A stretch of DNA of 64,000 nucleotides from Spizellomyces punctatus DAOM BR117 (lineage: Eukaryota): NCBI GenBank assembly GCA_000182565.2, contig KQ257470.1, one strand, 5' to 3'. The notes under the pieces were generated by a model that ran no database searches, had not been told where the DNA came from, and saw only the letters and a program-made list of their open reading frames with translations. Both the position numbers and the translations under genes were made by a program. Shown here one piece after another: positions 28,740-42,460 of this stretch. Every line of letters begins with the position of its first letter. Positions within the stretch are counted from its first letter, which is position 1.

Positions 28740-30102
28740 ATGGCTTCCTCAGGCAACCCCGCAGCACAGCTCGCGAATGTCTTCTCCAATTTTGGAGACA
28801 AGTTGAAGCCTTTTGGGTCCCAAGTAGGCAAGCAGTTCAGCCAGTTTCAACAGGTAAACGAAAGTTACAATGGTCTTTTCAATAACACGTTGCCACTTAC
28901 CTCACATATTTGGACATCGCCAGTATGCCAAAGAACGGATGGGAAACGTCGGAGATATAACGGAGCTTCCTGCTGAATACAGGGAGTTGGAATTGGTACG
29001 CAACCCTTTCCATAAGCACGTACTTGGGCTGTCAAACGTGCTAACATAGTCAATCACATAGAAAGTCGACAAAATCCGTATTATGCACGAAAACCTGGTC
29101 AAGATTTCGCGCAACTATACGCTTCCGCACTACGATTACGAACCTCCGCTCAAGGACACTGTTTTTGACTTTGCTACGTCGGTCGGTGATCGGGCCACCT
29201 CCTTGGCTGCCGCTGGTGCTAGAGCAGCAGGTGTTCAAGCGCCCCCCCTTTCTGGAGGGCGCACAAATCGGGATGAAATACCACCTAGCTTGGCCCACGC
29301 TTTTGCCCGCGCCTCTCTCCACTCGGCGGAGGAGTTGGGCACCCAAGAACCAATTGGTATGTTATGGCCTTGTTCTTGTATGTGCGCAAATGACTCATCC
29401 GCAATATGCGTAAGGCGCTGCATTGAAGAAATTTGCCGCCGTAGAAGAGAAGGTTGGAAATGCCCGGCTTAAACTTGTAAGTATCGAATTTGTGTGATAG
29501 ATCGTCACATCATGGTCATATCTGACGCCGGGTAATTAGGATGCCGATGCAACCGCCAAGTTTTATCAACCATTCAATGCGATGTTGACCACAACAATTG
29601 CGAATGCAATGGTGAGTGGACGACAGCTGCTTCTCTATATGCTCTGGTGCAGGTGCAATCTGCTAAAATATCCATTTGCCTCGCTTGTTGTAGAAAGCGC
29701 GCAAGAATGTTCAGTCCGTTCGTCTTGCATATGACGCATGTCGCGCACGTTTGAAGGCTGCAAAACCAGAGAACGTGGATGTTGTTCGAACAGAAATGGA
29801 GGCAGCAGAAGAAGACTTCGTGGCGGCAGTTGATGACGCGATGGGGAAAATGAATGCAGTTGTTGAGAACCCCGAGCCACTTAAGAATTTGGCAGATTTG
29901 GTAGCTGCTCAGCTAGCATACTTTAAGGTACGTTTAATGCCACGTTTAAACATGCGCCGGACCTTCGGATCTGTCTTTGCTCCTGAGACGTACTGATTAA
30001 AATTTCTCACAGGAGGCTTATGAAGCCTTAGCGGAAGTGAGCCCTGAGATGGACGAACTACAGGTGACCAACGAAGCGCTCCTCAGGCATCCCACTTCTT
30101 AG
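28740..30102 (+). CDS. GVP36: BAR-domain protein, Gvp36-like, multi-exon
   Basis: QYAKERMG..DITELPAEYRELE, SLAHAFARAS, RLAYDACRA and EDFVAAVDDAMGKM...EPLKNLADLVAAQLAYFK; TAG at 30100-30102. Confidence 0.78.
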
Positions 30103-30629
30103 GCTACTCCCCTGTATCTGATATGTTGTTTTTTTGTATTGTGATGATATGCAATGATAGTATTAGCGAACCGCTAGGATGTATTTCTTTACTGGGACTA
30201 CTTGATTAATTGTTAACCGACAGGCTTCGCCTGAAGCTTCTGTTACATAAATAGCTCAGCTATCTCTGGGTAACTCAAGCACGTTCTTACGCTAATTTTG
30301 ACGTGGTGAAATGGGTCTTGGTGCTTTGTGGATTACGAAGGGCAATTAAAGTTGTATCCAAATTCTCATGACTGAACCTTCGCAGGCACAAACTGAAACT
30401 TGCTTTAGCCAAGCTAACACGCCCACAAGTCAGACTATCTTCGCCCATTTGTGCAAATTCAACACGATATTGACATTTTCTACTGAGTTAAGTATGACAT
30501 TGATTGTGTCCTTAGCGATGGTTGGTCTTTGCCCTTTATGGGTGAATGCCAAGCAGCTGATGCTGGTTTATATCTTCGTTTGGTGGTACTATGTCTACAT
30601 ACACTAATCCGCCTACCTAATGTGCGTAC

Positions 30630-32228
30630 TTACAACTTTGCTTTCGTCTCGCTGAGCTTGCTCAGCCACTCTGCAAGCATCTCATTAAGCTCAGCCGTTC
30701 TTTCCATTTGCACCCAATGAGCCGCCTCTATCGTCTGCAATAATATTGGATGCAATCGGTTAAAAAAAGGTACCGGCATGTGAAGGCCAAAAAGTGACAA
30801 TACCTTCAATTCCATATTCTTAACATATTTATTCATTTTGCGAGCCATGCTCACAGGCAGAGCAGGGTCTGCGGTGGCAACAATCTACTAACATTGTTAG
30901 AGACGAACCTCGAGATGCGGGATAATTGCTGCTGACTGCACCATTAATGCTTGATGGGAAACCTCCCGAGGACAGTCTCGTTCGTCGTCGAAGTTCACTC
31001 GGCGAGTACGGTAATAGTTCAATCCACCATGAAACGACCGACGGGCAAATTGTCGACAGTAATATTCAAATTCCTTTGAAAGGTTACATTGTTGAATTTG
31101 GCACCGTTGTCGTAATAAGAATCTAATTTACCTGCTCTGACAGCGCTAGCTTTGAGCTTAGCGGAAGATTCCTGGGCAGTTCGTTGAGGGAGCACTGGTG
31201 TACCAGCGCTGTATCCTCGCCAACACCACGGTATATGTTCCGCAAAAAGGTGCTCACGTTATTATCGAGCTCTTCATCCGTCGCGGGATCTGTAAACCAA
31301 ATCTATGATGCCAAAGGACCCCGGTATCAGAAAGGCTATGTGCCATGTTGTGTTTCCACCAAGAAAAACAAAGGTCGCCCACCTGGTACTGGAATTGGGG
31401 CCAAGTTTTGACAAGCTGCTCTAGGGCAATGTACTGAGTGTTTGGAGGAGAAAATGCGGTACAAATGGCAGCTACTGCTTTGACCCGTTCCGGATAGTGC
31501 AGGCACATCCGCCAGACCTTGAATCACGATCACCCAAGATCAGTTAAAGCTGGCCAAATGGCATGCATCCGTCATACGTACGGTCATGCCTCCCCTATCA
31601 AATGGTACCATCATCAATTCATTGCTCATGCAATGCACGCGCTTCCTCTAGACGCTTACCAGTCGTGGCCAATGAAGATCGCCGAGGTCCCTTTGCCACC
31701 GACATGATCCAGGAGTTCAGCCAGATCTTTACAGATATTTTTCAGGCCGTATGCTTTCAGGCCGTCAACGTCACCCGGCTTCACATAAGGTGCATCTGTC
31801 TCCCCATAACCCCGAAAGTCAGGAACAATGACTCGGTAGTTCCTGGCCACAAGATACGGAATCTGGTATCGCCAGCCTGGGTAACGCGACATGAGAAACT
31901 GGGAGTCGGTAGGTAAGTGCATAAATCCAAGGCACTTACCATACCACATCTTTCACGAGAAGCCCAAAAAGAACGTGAGTACGGCAATGTATGGAGTTTA
32001 ACCTCGCGCTACATAACCTACGTCGGGAAATCCATGGCACAGGACCACTAACGGTCCCTGACCTTCGTCCACATAGTCTTCGTAGTGAAAAGCCACCGCG
32101 TGTGAGAATTCGCTAATATTGATTGCACGATGTAAAATGGACCTACGATATCGTATGCCGTTGATCCAAGCGTACTTGTGGTTGAAACTTTCCGGCTTCA
32201 ACGGGTCGAGTTTGGTTGATATACTCAT
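30630..32228 (-). CDS. Epoxide hydrolase-like alpha/beta hydrolase with PTS1 (AKL)
   Basis: LCHGFPD, WRYQIPYL, PDFRGYGETD, IGHDW(G), HYPERV, LNYYR and AHWVQME; C-terminus -AKL*. Confidence 0.88.
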
Positions 32229-33050
32229 ACTGTCCAATATGAACGCGCTTTTGTTTAGTTAATGCAATCAGCAAGACTGTTTAAGGCAGTACACTATGAG
32301 GATATATCATGTACCTTGCGTAGATGCTCCTGCTGCTGCTGTTGGAGATTGTTGAAGGATGGAGAAACGGAGGAACGGAAGACGGTGTGAGCTGATCGGC
32401 GGCAAAAGGATTATCCAGTTGTAGCGCCCTGTCACATGTGCAAGCCATAAGCTTATGTGACTTCATCAAATGTCTCCCATTACAGATGGACTATTCTTAA
32501 GAATACATTCTGAAAAGCCAGTGGATGGTGAAAGATGCGCAACTGCAAAACGATAAGATTACAAGGGTGACTCTGTCCGCATCTTCTCCTCGGTGATCTT
32601 TTGGGAATTTTATGTGGTACGCCCGCGCGGGAGATATACCTCTCAATCTGCTGAGGCAAAGTTAACGTTAACCTAGAGTTAGAGGATACCAAAGCTGGCG
32701 GACACGACCTATTTGGCTCAAGGACGAGCAAGGTTCCTATCGGAGCTCACCAACGTGAGGTAATTCCTTGACAATAGAAAGGCAGATTCACAATGGGTTT
32801 TCTAAAGGATGTCAGCTGAAAGTAACAGGATTTTTGCACAGCTACAGTAGACTTGCTACTCATTAAAAGACGTTTCGAGTGACCTCGTATCCGCATCACC
32901 AAATTGTTCTTTTACATTTTCATGCTCTGGCTATTGCCGGAAAATTTACGGAGGGTGGTTCGTCAGTCACGTGTCCGACTTTCCAAATCACAATCTGGCT
33001 GTAAGCAATTCGTCGTCCAATGTGATCGCGCTGGGATCGCACCGCCAACT

Positions 33051-36000
33051 ATGGCCTTCCCGGGGGGCTTCAGGGAGTATATGGCCGTTAAGCGGCGTAA
33101 GCTCGAGGTCCAAGGACAGGAGATTGCTGCAACAGGGTCTCAATCTTCTGTCCTAACTGGACTAACATTATACTTTAACGGTGAGTGTGCCTCGTTGATA
33201 ACAAAATAGCAGCCATCTAAACATTAGGACGTTTTTCGTCCTACGCTACAGGATACACTGGATCCAGCGATCTGACAATGATTCAATTCAAAGAACTGGT
33301 AGTGTGCATACTGGACGGAAGACAGTGTGTGATGCTGCATTATTTACACATATGGTCAGGTTCTTGTTCATGGCGCATTGGTTCGTGATAAGCTTGAACC
33401 CGATGTCACACATATTATTGCAACACAGGTATGCGTCAGATTATCATGGGGTTGACATTCTATTTACTTATTATCATCTTATATAATTGGTAGATGACCG
33501 ATCAAAAAATGAGAAATTTGCGGAAGCCTGTGGTGAAGCCAGAATGGCTTCTCGACAGCATCAAGCGTCAGAATCTCTTGCCATGGCTTACGTACCGCCT
33601 TTATACGGATATAGCTCCAAGCCAGCAGACTTTGGGTGGCTTCTTCAGTGGAGGGACAAGTCAGTCCAGGGATCAGCCGTCATCCACAAGTACACATGGA
33701 GGAGAGGATGAGCTGATTACATCAACAAAAGGCAGTTCGGAGAAGCAAAAAATGGGCACAGCGTCGGAGAAGCCGCAGATCGAACATGTAGATATTGGGG
33801 AAGAGGCTATAGCAGATGAAGGTGAAGGAGAAGTTGAAAGCGATGTGTCCGAATCAGAAGATGTGAGGACCCGACAGGGGGCAGATCCGGAGAGTGAGTG
33901 GGTAAAGGCAAACATTTGCACAGCCCCAGGATTTCTCCAGAAATTCTTCGCGTCTTCTCGATTGCATCACCTCAGTACATGGAAGGGGGAGCTTCGAGAT
34001 TTCGTATATCGACAGGGACCACGTCGAAGGACGAATGCAACAGCACACTCAAAACGCGTCATCATACACGTTGATATGGACTGTTACTTTGCCTCAGTTG
34101 CCCTGAGAGACCGTCCGCATCTGCAATCTTTACCTGTCGTTGTCGCTCACTCGGTTGGACTCGCCGGGCGATCGACAGCTGACGTAGCCTCCTGTAATTA
34201 TGTAGCGCGCTCACATGGTCTAAGAAACGGAATGTCTCTAGGGCGGGCTCGTGAAATCTGTAAAGACCTTCATGTGTTGCCCTATGAATTCGAAAAGTAC
34301 GAAGCTTGCACGAAAGCGCTATACAATGTCTTACTCCGTCAAGGAGACGAGGTAGAAGCTGTATCTTGCGATGAAGCCTATGTGGATATTACCTCGCTCA
34401 TCAAAGAAAGCGGGCAAGAAATTCAACTGGCTGAAAAGCTTCGCGGTGAGATTTTTGAGGTGACGGGAGGCTGTGCAGCAAGGTCAGCGATCACTGTGGG
34501 TTGTATCATCGGTACGTCTCTCACGCTGCCAACTTCTGGTACTTGTTAGCATAGGTATCGGTCCGAATAAGCTACTTGCAAGAATGGCTACAACACGTGC
34601 GAAGCCAAATGGCGTGTTCCAAGTAAAGCAAGAAGAAGCCCTTCAATTTATGGAAGGACAACTTGTGAGGGAGCTGCCAGGTGTGGGATGGGTTCTGGCG
34701 GACAAGGCTGCTAAGAGGAACATCAAAACTTGTAAAGACCTTGCTGTATTATCTCTCCCTCGACTTCAAGCCGACTTTGGGCCGAAGACCGGTTCAATGC
34801 TCTATAACGGTAAAGTCTGGACTATTACCACGACGGCTAGCTAAATCTAGCGCTTTTAATCGTTGACATCTCATTCAGCTTGCCGTGGCATCGATATGAG
34901 ACCGCTTGAAAACAACCCAAGGCAAAGTGTGGGTGCTGAGGTGAATTGGGGCATCAGATTCACAACTCAAGACCAAGTCGAGCACTTTATCCGCGAATTG
35001 AGTCAGGAAATAAACAAGCGAATGAAATTGGCGTCAGTAGGTGGGAAATTGTTGACGGTAAAAGCGAAAAAGAAGAGATATAAGGGAGAACCGCAGAAAT
35101 TTCTGGGCTGTGGGGATTGTGGTAAGTATATTAAGTCTTAATGTAACCAGAGTCGTTTAATGAGCTGGAACATGACAGATAACCTATCAAAGTCATGGAA
35201 TGCGTCAAATTGCATTAATAGCTGGGAGACAATTTTTCGAGAAAGCTATCGTTTGCTCTGTGAACTACAGATTGAACCAACTGACATTCGCGGTGTTGGT
35301 ATTCACGTATCAAAACTATGCAGCGATTCCCTTCCTTTCCCGGGTCATCCGGTACGTGAACAGTCTTTCTTAAACTTTGAGGGCGCCGCTACCGATGCCC
35401 AGGAGCGGAATAATCCCCCTCCGCCCAAATCGGATGACAACAGGAAAACTCTCGGCGAGCATAAAACCACGCTGTCTGAATACGGTATTAATCCGGAGGA
35501 GATTGACTTGGACGTTCTCAAAGAGCTGCCTGAGGAGATTCAAGCTGATCTTCTACCATACCTTAAGGCGCGAGAATCTCACGATCGTCCTTTACAAATC
35601 AATGCCAGGGCAGGATGTTCTTCCTCCACTTCAACCAGTAAGCCCAGTGAGGGTCAACCATATGACCCATCGTGTCTGCTGCCAACTGCTTCTCAAGTGG
35701 ATCCAGAGGTGATGAAAGCTCTTCCTGATGAGATACGAAAAGATTTGGAAAAAGCTATAGGCATGAGACGCGGTGCGGCCGGAAGAAGTATATTTGGGAT
35801 GCGTAATGCACCTAGGCGAGGAAAAATCCTTGGCAAGATTTCCCCAAGCAAAGGACAAGTGCAATTTCAATCTAGGCGTCAATCCATCACATGCAAGGCC
35901 ACTCCTGTCCCACGTCCATCTCCCAGTCTTGGCGGGCAGTCAGATTTTGGATCTGTTCGCTGTATGCTGGAAGATTGGGTGAGCACTCGGTTGCCGCCCA

Positions 36001-36251
36001 CAGATGATGATGTGAACGCCTTCTTACGCTACTTGGAAAGTCTTGTCGATGAGATGGAACTCGAAAGATTAGAAACCCTATTAAAGTGGTTTTTATGCAG
36101 AGTGGGGGTTGAAAATTCGGTAATCAACAGTAAAGGAAAAGGAAATGCCGAATGGTCCAAGGTAGCTGAGATGTTAACAACACATGTCAACGAAATGGTG
36201 AAGAAGAAGTATGGATGTCAGATCAAAGGACTGTGTGGGTTGCAGAGATAG
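33051..36251 (+). CDS. REV1: Y-family translesion polymerase Rev1 (BRCT, IMS, UBMs, CTD)
   Basis: GFREYMAVKRRKL, BRCT ending VVKPEWLLDSI, SRLHHLSTWK, HVDMDCYFASV, SCDEAY and SVGAEVNWGIRF; UBM-like DVLKELPEEIQ and EVMKALPDEIR. Confidence 0.95.
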
Positions 36252-36312
36252 ATCTAAGTATAAGAATGTAATTATAATTGTAATATTTAAAATTGTTCAT
36301 GCATATCGGCTG

Positions 36313-39300
36313 TCATTCACGTAAAACCGCCACTATTTTCTTTTTGGCGACCAAGCTGTATACCGGACTCGTCGTTGAAGCCAAGGCAGAGAGAAGGGAG
36401 GCACCAATGATGACTCCTGTGATATCCCATGGAAATGGAAAAGCGATAGGGACTTGGGTCATGATGGCACGCTGGGCGGCCATAGACCATCCAATTGCAG
36501 CACCTATCAACGTCTGGATAACTTTTGTCAGTTATCTTCCTTAGAGGCAAGGGTAAATGCGTTGTCACTCACTCCAAGGATTCCAGATGTGCAGGTGAGG
36601 ACAAAGGCTTCATAAGTATATAATCGAAATATTCCCCATTTCGTAAGGCCCAGAGCGCGGATCACTCCGAGTTCCTTCCCCTGCTCTGTTATGTTCGTAT
36701 ACATGCACCCGTTGAGACTGAATAACGTAATAAGCATAACCAACAGCGTCGCAATATTAAATATGGTGCTTAAAAGTGCCCGCGAAGAACGAATGTCAGC
36801 GAGTTCTTTTGCAAGAGTCTTTAGAGTTACAGTGCTCGTTCGCACTATATTTGTCAATGCATCAGCCAAATTTCGAAGCTTCGAGTCGTAATTCGCGGCG
36901 TTAGTGTCTAGAGCAATATGTATGCTGCGAATTGGTACCTCCTCAACGGATGTAATTCGGCCGTTAGACAGATCGACCAGCGTCGGGAACGAAACAAGGG
37001 CGGTTGTCCGTCCAATGGCTGGGAATTTTGTCATGGATGCGTAGGGTGCGGAATCTAGGAATGCAAGTGGTTGAAGAATACTATATTCTACGACCCTATT
37101 GCCTCCACCGGTCACTGTCGTTTTCAGGAGAAAAGGATCGCTAAAATTCGTTCGGCCGCCATCGAGCGACTGAATTGCCAAGTCCTTGTGCAGTATTGTA
37201 CTTATCGCTGCCGAGCGATGCCCTTTGGCCGTGTACATCTGCTCGGAGATCGACTTGTATTCCGTTAATAGAACAGGGTCCGCTTCATGCACAATCAAAA
37301 GAGCATTGTCTGGTTGTGGTATGTTGAGCCAATTGGGCGATACTGCCTCGACATCAATCTCGTAAGAAACTATTCGACCTAGATTCGCAACTTCAGTATC
37401 TTCCACGGTAGATACAAAGCTTCGTATTGGAGTCGATGTGACAGCCCAATCAATCACGAACGGCTTTGACTGATTCAGAAGGGTATCGACCTGAGCCACA
37501 ATGTTCGACGGTATTCCACCGTCCGCACTGGTCGATAATCGCAGCTGACCACCTATCCGTATCATCTGACTGTAAGTTTGTCGATAATCAGTTTTGAGCC
37601 CATCATGTCCGACGAAACATAGGCATCACAATTACTTGAATTCCATGGCATGTAGCTCGACACCAAGATTGACAGACAAGAAGATGATAAAGGCGATCGA
37701 GAAAGAGAACATCGTCGCAGTTTTTCGATTCCGCATACGATGAGCAATCAGATTTTGTGCAACTAAAGAATGAATTGCAGCATTTTCAAAGAATGCAATC
37801 ATCAGCATTAATGTAAGTAGCAACTTCTCAGCAAGGGGTTGGATGTTGAAGCTCAACATGACCAAGCCAAACAACATTCCGAGAAGCAACGCGATAAAGA
37901 TGTTGAATAGCATCTCGAGATTGTTATCGATGAGAGCTTTCGGAACTAGATAATAAATGCAAAACCCGAGGCCTGCAAGCAATGCTCCAGTAAAAGCCAA
38001 CGGGAAGACGTCTTTCAAGGACCCCGGCCCGCTACGTTCAATCGAAATGATCACCGGTTTCACTCTACTATGTCTTTTATCAAGGGAATCTCGAAGATTT
38101 CCTGAAAGGGCTTGTCGAATTGGAAGAATCGCTGCGATGATAGGAACTGCGATTCCTAAGACTGTGGCCAAAGCTATGGATGGAGGGCTTAGCCATGGAG
38201 CGATTTGAACGGTAGCAATCTTCTCCAAAAATCGCTTTCCTAATCCAAACAACAGTTGAGCGAGCATCAGGCCGATTGCCCAAGCGGGAACGGAGTACGT
38301 CGCTGCTTGGACCTGACGGGATTAGTGAGCAACGAGATATACACCTTCTCGGATGATGCAAGCTGTGGTCCACTAACCAGGAGCATTTCAATAATACCCT
38401 TTCGAGTTTGTCCGACCATTCTCAAAATCCCCAGCTCAAACGTTCTTGTTTCAACCGAAACCATCAACAGGTTGTATATCAAGAAACAAGATAATCCAAC
38501 AAACAATGCCACCACAATTGACGAGATTAGAGATAGGAACTGAGAAAACTTGCTGACGCCTTCCAGAGAGTCTAGTGTGTCAAGGCTAGCTTCTAAAAGA
38601 TTAATTCCAAGCCGATATTTAATATTTGACGCCCATTTGATCATTTCGTTGGCCACTCTGCCAAAGTTGCTATCAAGATAACACCGATGTCGTGGTTGAT
38701 CACAGGCAAATACGATTGAGCCCGCTTCTCCGTACTGTGCACCGTTTTTCGACGCTTCTGTCAATGCTTGTCGGAAGGAGCTTGGATACCGAGGATGATA
38801 GTAAGGTGCCACGCTCTCTAATATCGTCCCATATTCGAGAACAGCTATAAATTCAGTCCTCACCCATTGCGGAAACTTATTCGTTTCAGTTTCGTCAAAG
38901 ACAGCAGCCACTTTCAATGGTATATTCACTATTGTGGCGTCGGCAAACGTCGGGTCAGTTATCGAAGCTGCCTTAGTTTGTTTATAGACGGAGTCAAACA
39001 CGCTACTGTCGTAGCTCATTATAACCCAGTCACCCTCTGATACCCTCAGAGAATTTGCAAGGAGTGCGCCGAGGTATACTGAATCCTTAGGAACTGGCCC
39101 TAGTTTCCACGCTCTTCCTATTCCAAACCGTTGTTCGCGTTCAGAATCGATGATCCAAGTGCTCACAGAAACCGAACCCGAACACATCCTCGTAACGCAG
39201 TTATTGGGATCGGCATTGCAACTGTTTTGAGTGCTTTGTTTAGTTGCTGCCACAGCGGGACTATCTAATGGTTGCAGGGGTGGGCCCACGTAGGTGAAAC

Positions 39301-40345
39301 CATTCTCGGTCGGGTTCTGGGAGTTCCATTCTTGGCAATTTTTTGCCTTGTAGAAAGACAGGTGTTGATCAGTGACCCGCGGTGTATGATACGACAGTGT
39401 GCTCTTGTCAGTCAGCAATGTTCGTGCAAGAGTGTAGTTGAGCCGGGTGTATCCGGAACCCCATCGAGTCCAAGTTGTCAAGTCTGTTTCTCCCGCTGTT
39501 CGTTCGGCAATAGTTAAAAACACGACGGGCATGATTGTCATGACGCTCATAAGCACCGCTGTAGCAAAGACTACGAGACAAACAGACGTGCACCCTATAC
39601 AAAATTGCGATTTCTGACGAGAGGTTTCGCGTATTGAGTAACGCCATATGTTCACGGCACTCGAGCCGGCGGCGAGGAGTGATCGACCTCGAGGATGACT
39701 AGGTGGGAGTTGACGAGGAGTGGATACATTCCCAATAACAGCAGATTTGATAATGAGAGAGCCCGCTCTCGTTCCATTGCTTGATTTTGATGTAGCAGTC
39801 TCCTCGCCGGTTGATTTAGTAACAGGTGGCATCTCGTTTGTCAGTTTGGCGATTGGCAGAATAGAACCCTTTGATTGGTCGAATGAATCTACTGGATAGA
39901 CCGTATTGCAGTTCTTGGGTAGTCTGGAAAATGATCGATGGGTAACCGCGCTTGGATTTCGAACAGGTACGAAGTTAGCGGAGAGTGCACGTCGGACCTC
40001 CAGATGACCGTCACTACCGTCGTAGGCCGAAGACCGATAGTCAGAGCCTGTAGTCGACGATTGACTGCGTCCTTGTGATGTTATTTCTCCCTGTACTGAA
40101 GAGCGTACACTGCCAAGTTGAGAGGAGTTGACGATGGTAGAGTTGCCGGACGCCGCAACACTGGTTCTCGACTCTTCTTGGTTCTTGGTTGCCGACGCGG
40201 TACTGCTACGATTACTACGGTCGCCTTCCGAAGCCGTAGCAGGTTCTAGTGACGAAGTACGGTATATTGTGCCAAAGTTTCTTGCGGTTGCTTGCTGCTG
40301 ATTATGAGATTGACTCCTTTCTTCAGATAATGGCGACTGAAACAT
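36313..40345 (-). CDS. FtsX/MacB-like (type VII ABC) permease with two FtsX domains
   Basis: LIYNLLMVSVETRTFELGILRMVG and MYTNITEQGKELGVIRALG...YEAF (duplicated FtsX signature); large extracytoplasmic loops; HRMRNRKT motif. Confidence 0.85.
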
Positions 40346-40948
40346 TCCTGGGCAAACAATCACAAGGTTGCTTGCAGCGAGGATGTAGCAGGTGTCATTA
40401 GTGTATCTGTCCGGGGAGGATTCATCAAAGAAGATATTCAACAGTGATACTCGTTGGTCTGCCTTACCGAATGGGGCTTAGGTACGCGTATGGGATCGCG
40501 TCAAGAACCCGCAGCAGTTACTCGAAGCCCAAAACTCGTTCTTGGTTCTATACCATTATCCCTATCAGTTTGTCCAGGCTTAAGCAGGCAGAGTTCCTTG
40601 CTATCCTACCATGTTAGAACAGCCAACCTTAGAATTTCAAATGGCCTGCAATTATGGTACTGGTAGTGATCGGCGATATCACCGTTATGTTTCTACCACA
40701 AGACGTGGACATGTCACTGCCATCATTCATTACACAAATCTTCACTTGTTTATATGGCGGCGAGTTGCAATGGAGACAATTAATGGAGGATGTCTATGGT
40801 TTGTCACGAGCATACGTCCATTAACATAAAAGGGCGACCCTGCCTTGTGTGGCTGGTAGCGTGGGACGCCATGTGTTGTATGCATGTCATGGCTATATTT
40901 TATAGTCTACCTAGATACATCCCTCCGGTATACTCTTGTCAATGCAAC

Positions 40949-41992
40949 TTACAATAGCATAGCCCTAAACTGAGTAGCTGTTGGCGGTGTGCTGTCGAAG
41001 ATAGAATGCAGAGCCTTTCTCAAATCTGGACAGGAGTGGAGGCCGGTTAAACGAAAACCTAAATAAAACAGCTCAATATTTAACTTGCAAGTTTACGCAC
41101 CAGCTGGAATCTTTGTTCCCTGCTTATCCAGTAATCTCAGACCCTCAATGTGGCTCGTGTCAAATTCGCCATCTTTTGCCACTCGACCTACCAGCATTTC
41201 GATAAAAACTCGGGCCAATCCCCTCACATCCTCACCGAGCACATCAAGTGAATCTTCCCCCTCTCCCCCCACATGTCTCGCCATTCCCAGGTCTACCAGC
41301 TTGGCAATTGAGCCATCAACATGGACATTTGACGGTCGGACGTCGCCGTGTCTTATGCCTCGGGCATGAAGATAGATTAAAGCGCTAGCCAGCTGTCGCG
41401 TCCATTGCAGCGCAGTTTCAAGTGTCGGCCGTCCAAAGGTGTCCATATATGTACGTAGTCGATGCCCAAATAGTTCCATGACAATAGCCAACGCTGGCGG
41501 TGTCCCACCTGGAGGTACATCGAACGATGAAAAATACCGAACAATATGCGGATGCGACAGATGGGGAGCGGTTTCTGATTCAAACGAATACTGGAGAATG
41601 GGATCAAAGTCGTCTTTGGGTAAAAACTTAATTGCATACTACAAAAGGGTTCAGTTAGCTGACCAGGTTCCACCATTGTTCAGATTGTGGCGACGCACCT
41701 GCCTCCCAGACATCTTATTTGTTGCTTCGTAGACTTCTGTAAAGGCGCCTGCTCCTAAAAATCTCCCCAACTGATATTCGGCCAAGAGTTGTTGGGGCAT
41801 TGGAAAGCTGCATGGGACCTTGTCGAATTGTGCCTCAGCCGGAAGTGCTGTGAGAGTGCTCATAGGTTGCACTGCCTGGCACAGAGAGGTTCTGGCTAAC
41901 GACCGCCCACAATAACGTGGTGCTATCGTACATCCATATTGCAAGGCCGCACAAATAATCTGTCTAGGTCTTACTTTCAAAAGCATGCTCAT
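40949..41992 (-). CDS. Small Ser/Thr protein kinase-like protein, 3 exons (start may be 41863)
   Basis: LGAGAFTEV, YAIK, HPHIV, IVMEL, HGDVRPSN and LVDLG; no recognisable APE motif. Confidence 0.8.
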
Positions 41993-42460
41993 CGCTGACT
42001 AGGTCAAGTCAAAAGACGTTGACACGTCGGCATTACGATCCTGGTATGGTGGCTTAGGCGCATGATTGCGTAAGATCTCTTCATCGGTACTTCGAGTTAT
42101 CCCCATTTTCAGCTCTGTGGAATATTTATTGCTTATCGCTGGCGAAAAGACCGCTTAACATTTCACGTTTAACACACTTTTTATTCATTGCACTAAATTG
42201 AGGTCAAAAAAGTTCGACCGAACTCTCTCAGGTCGCGTGCACAGTAACAAATAGCCATAGGGAAGGCTGGCAGTGATTTGAAGTCGAGGCTACGAAGGTG
42301 ATCACCGGTAAGCTATGGGCAACTCTCCGCGAGAAACGGTGGTGCCCATTTTTTGGACGTTGACGCAAGCTTTGACGTGATTCCGTCAGGGTAGCCTCGG
42401 CGTGCATTCGTCGTAAGGAGGGGTAGTCTTTGAAAAGCTCCAGAAGGATCACACGTTGTC

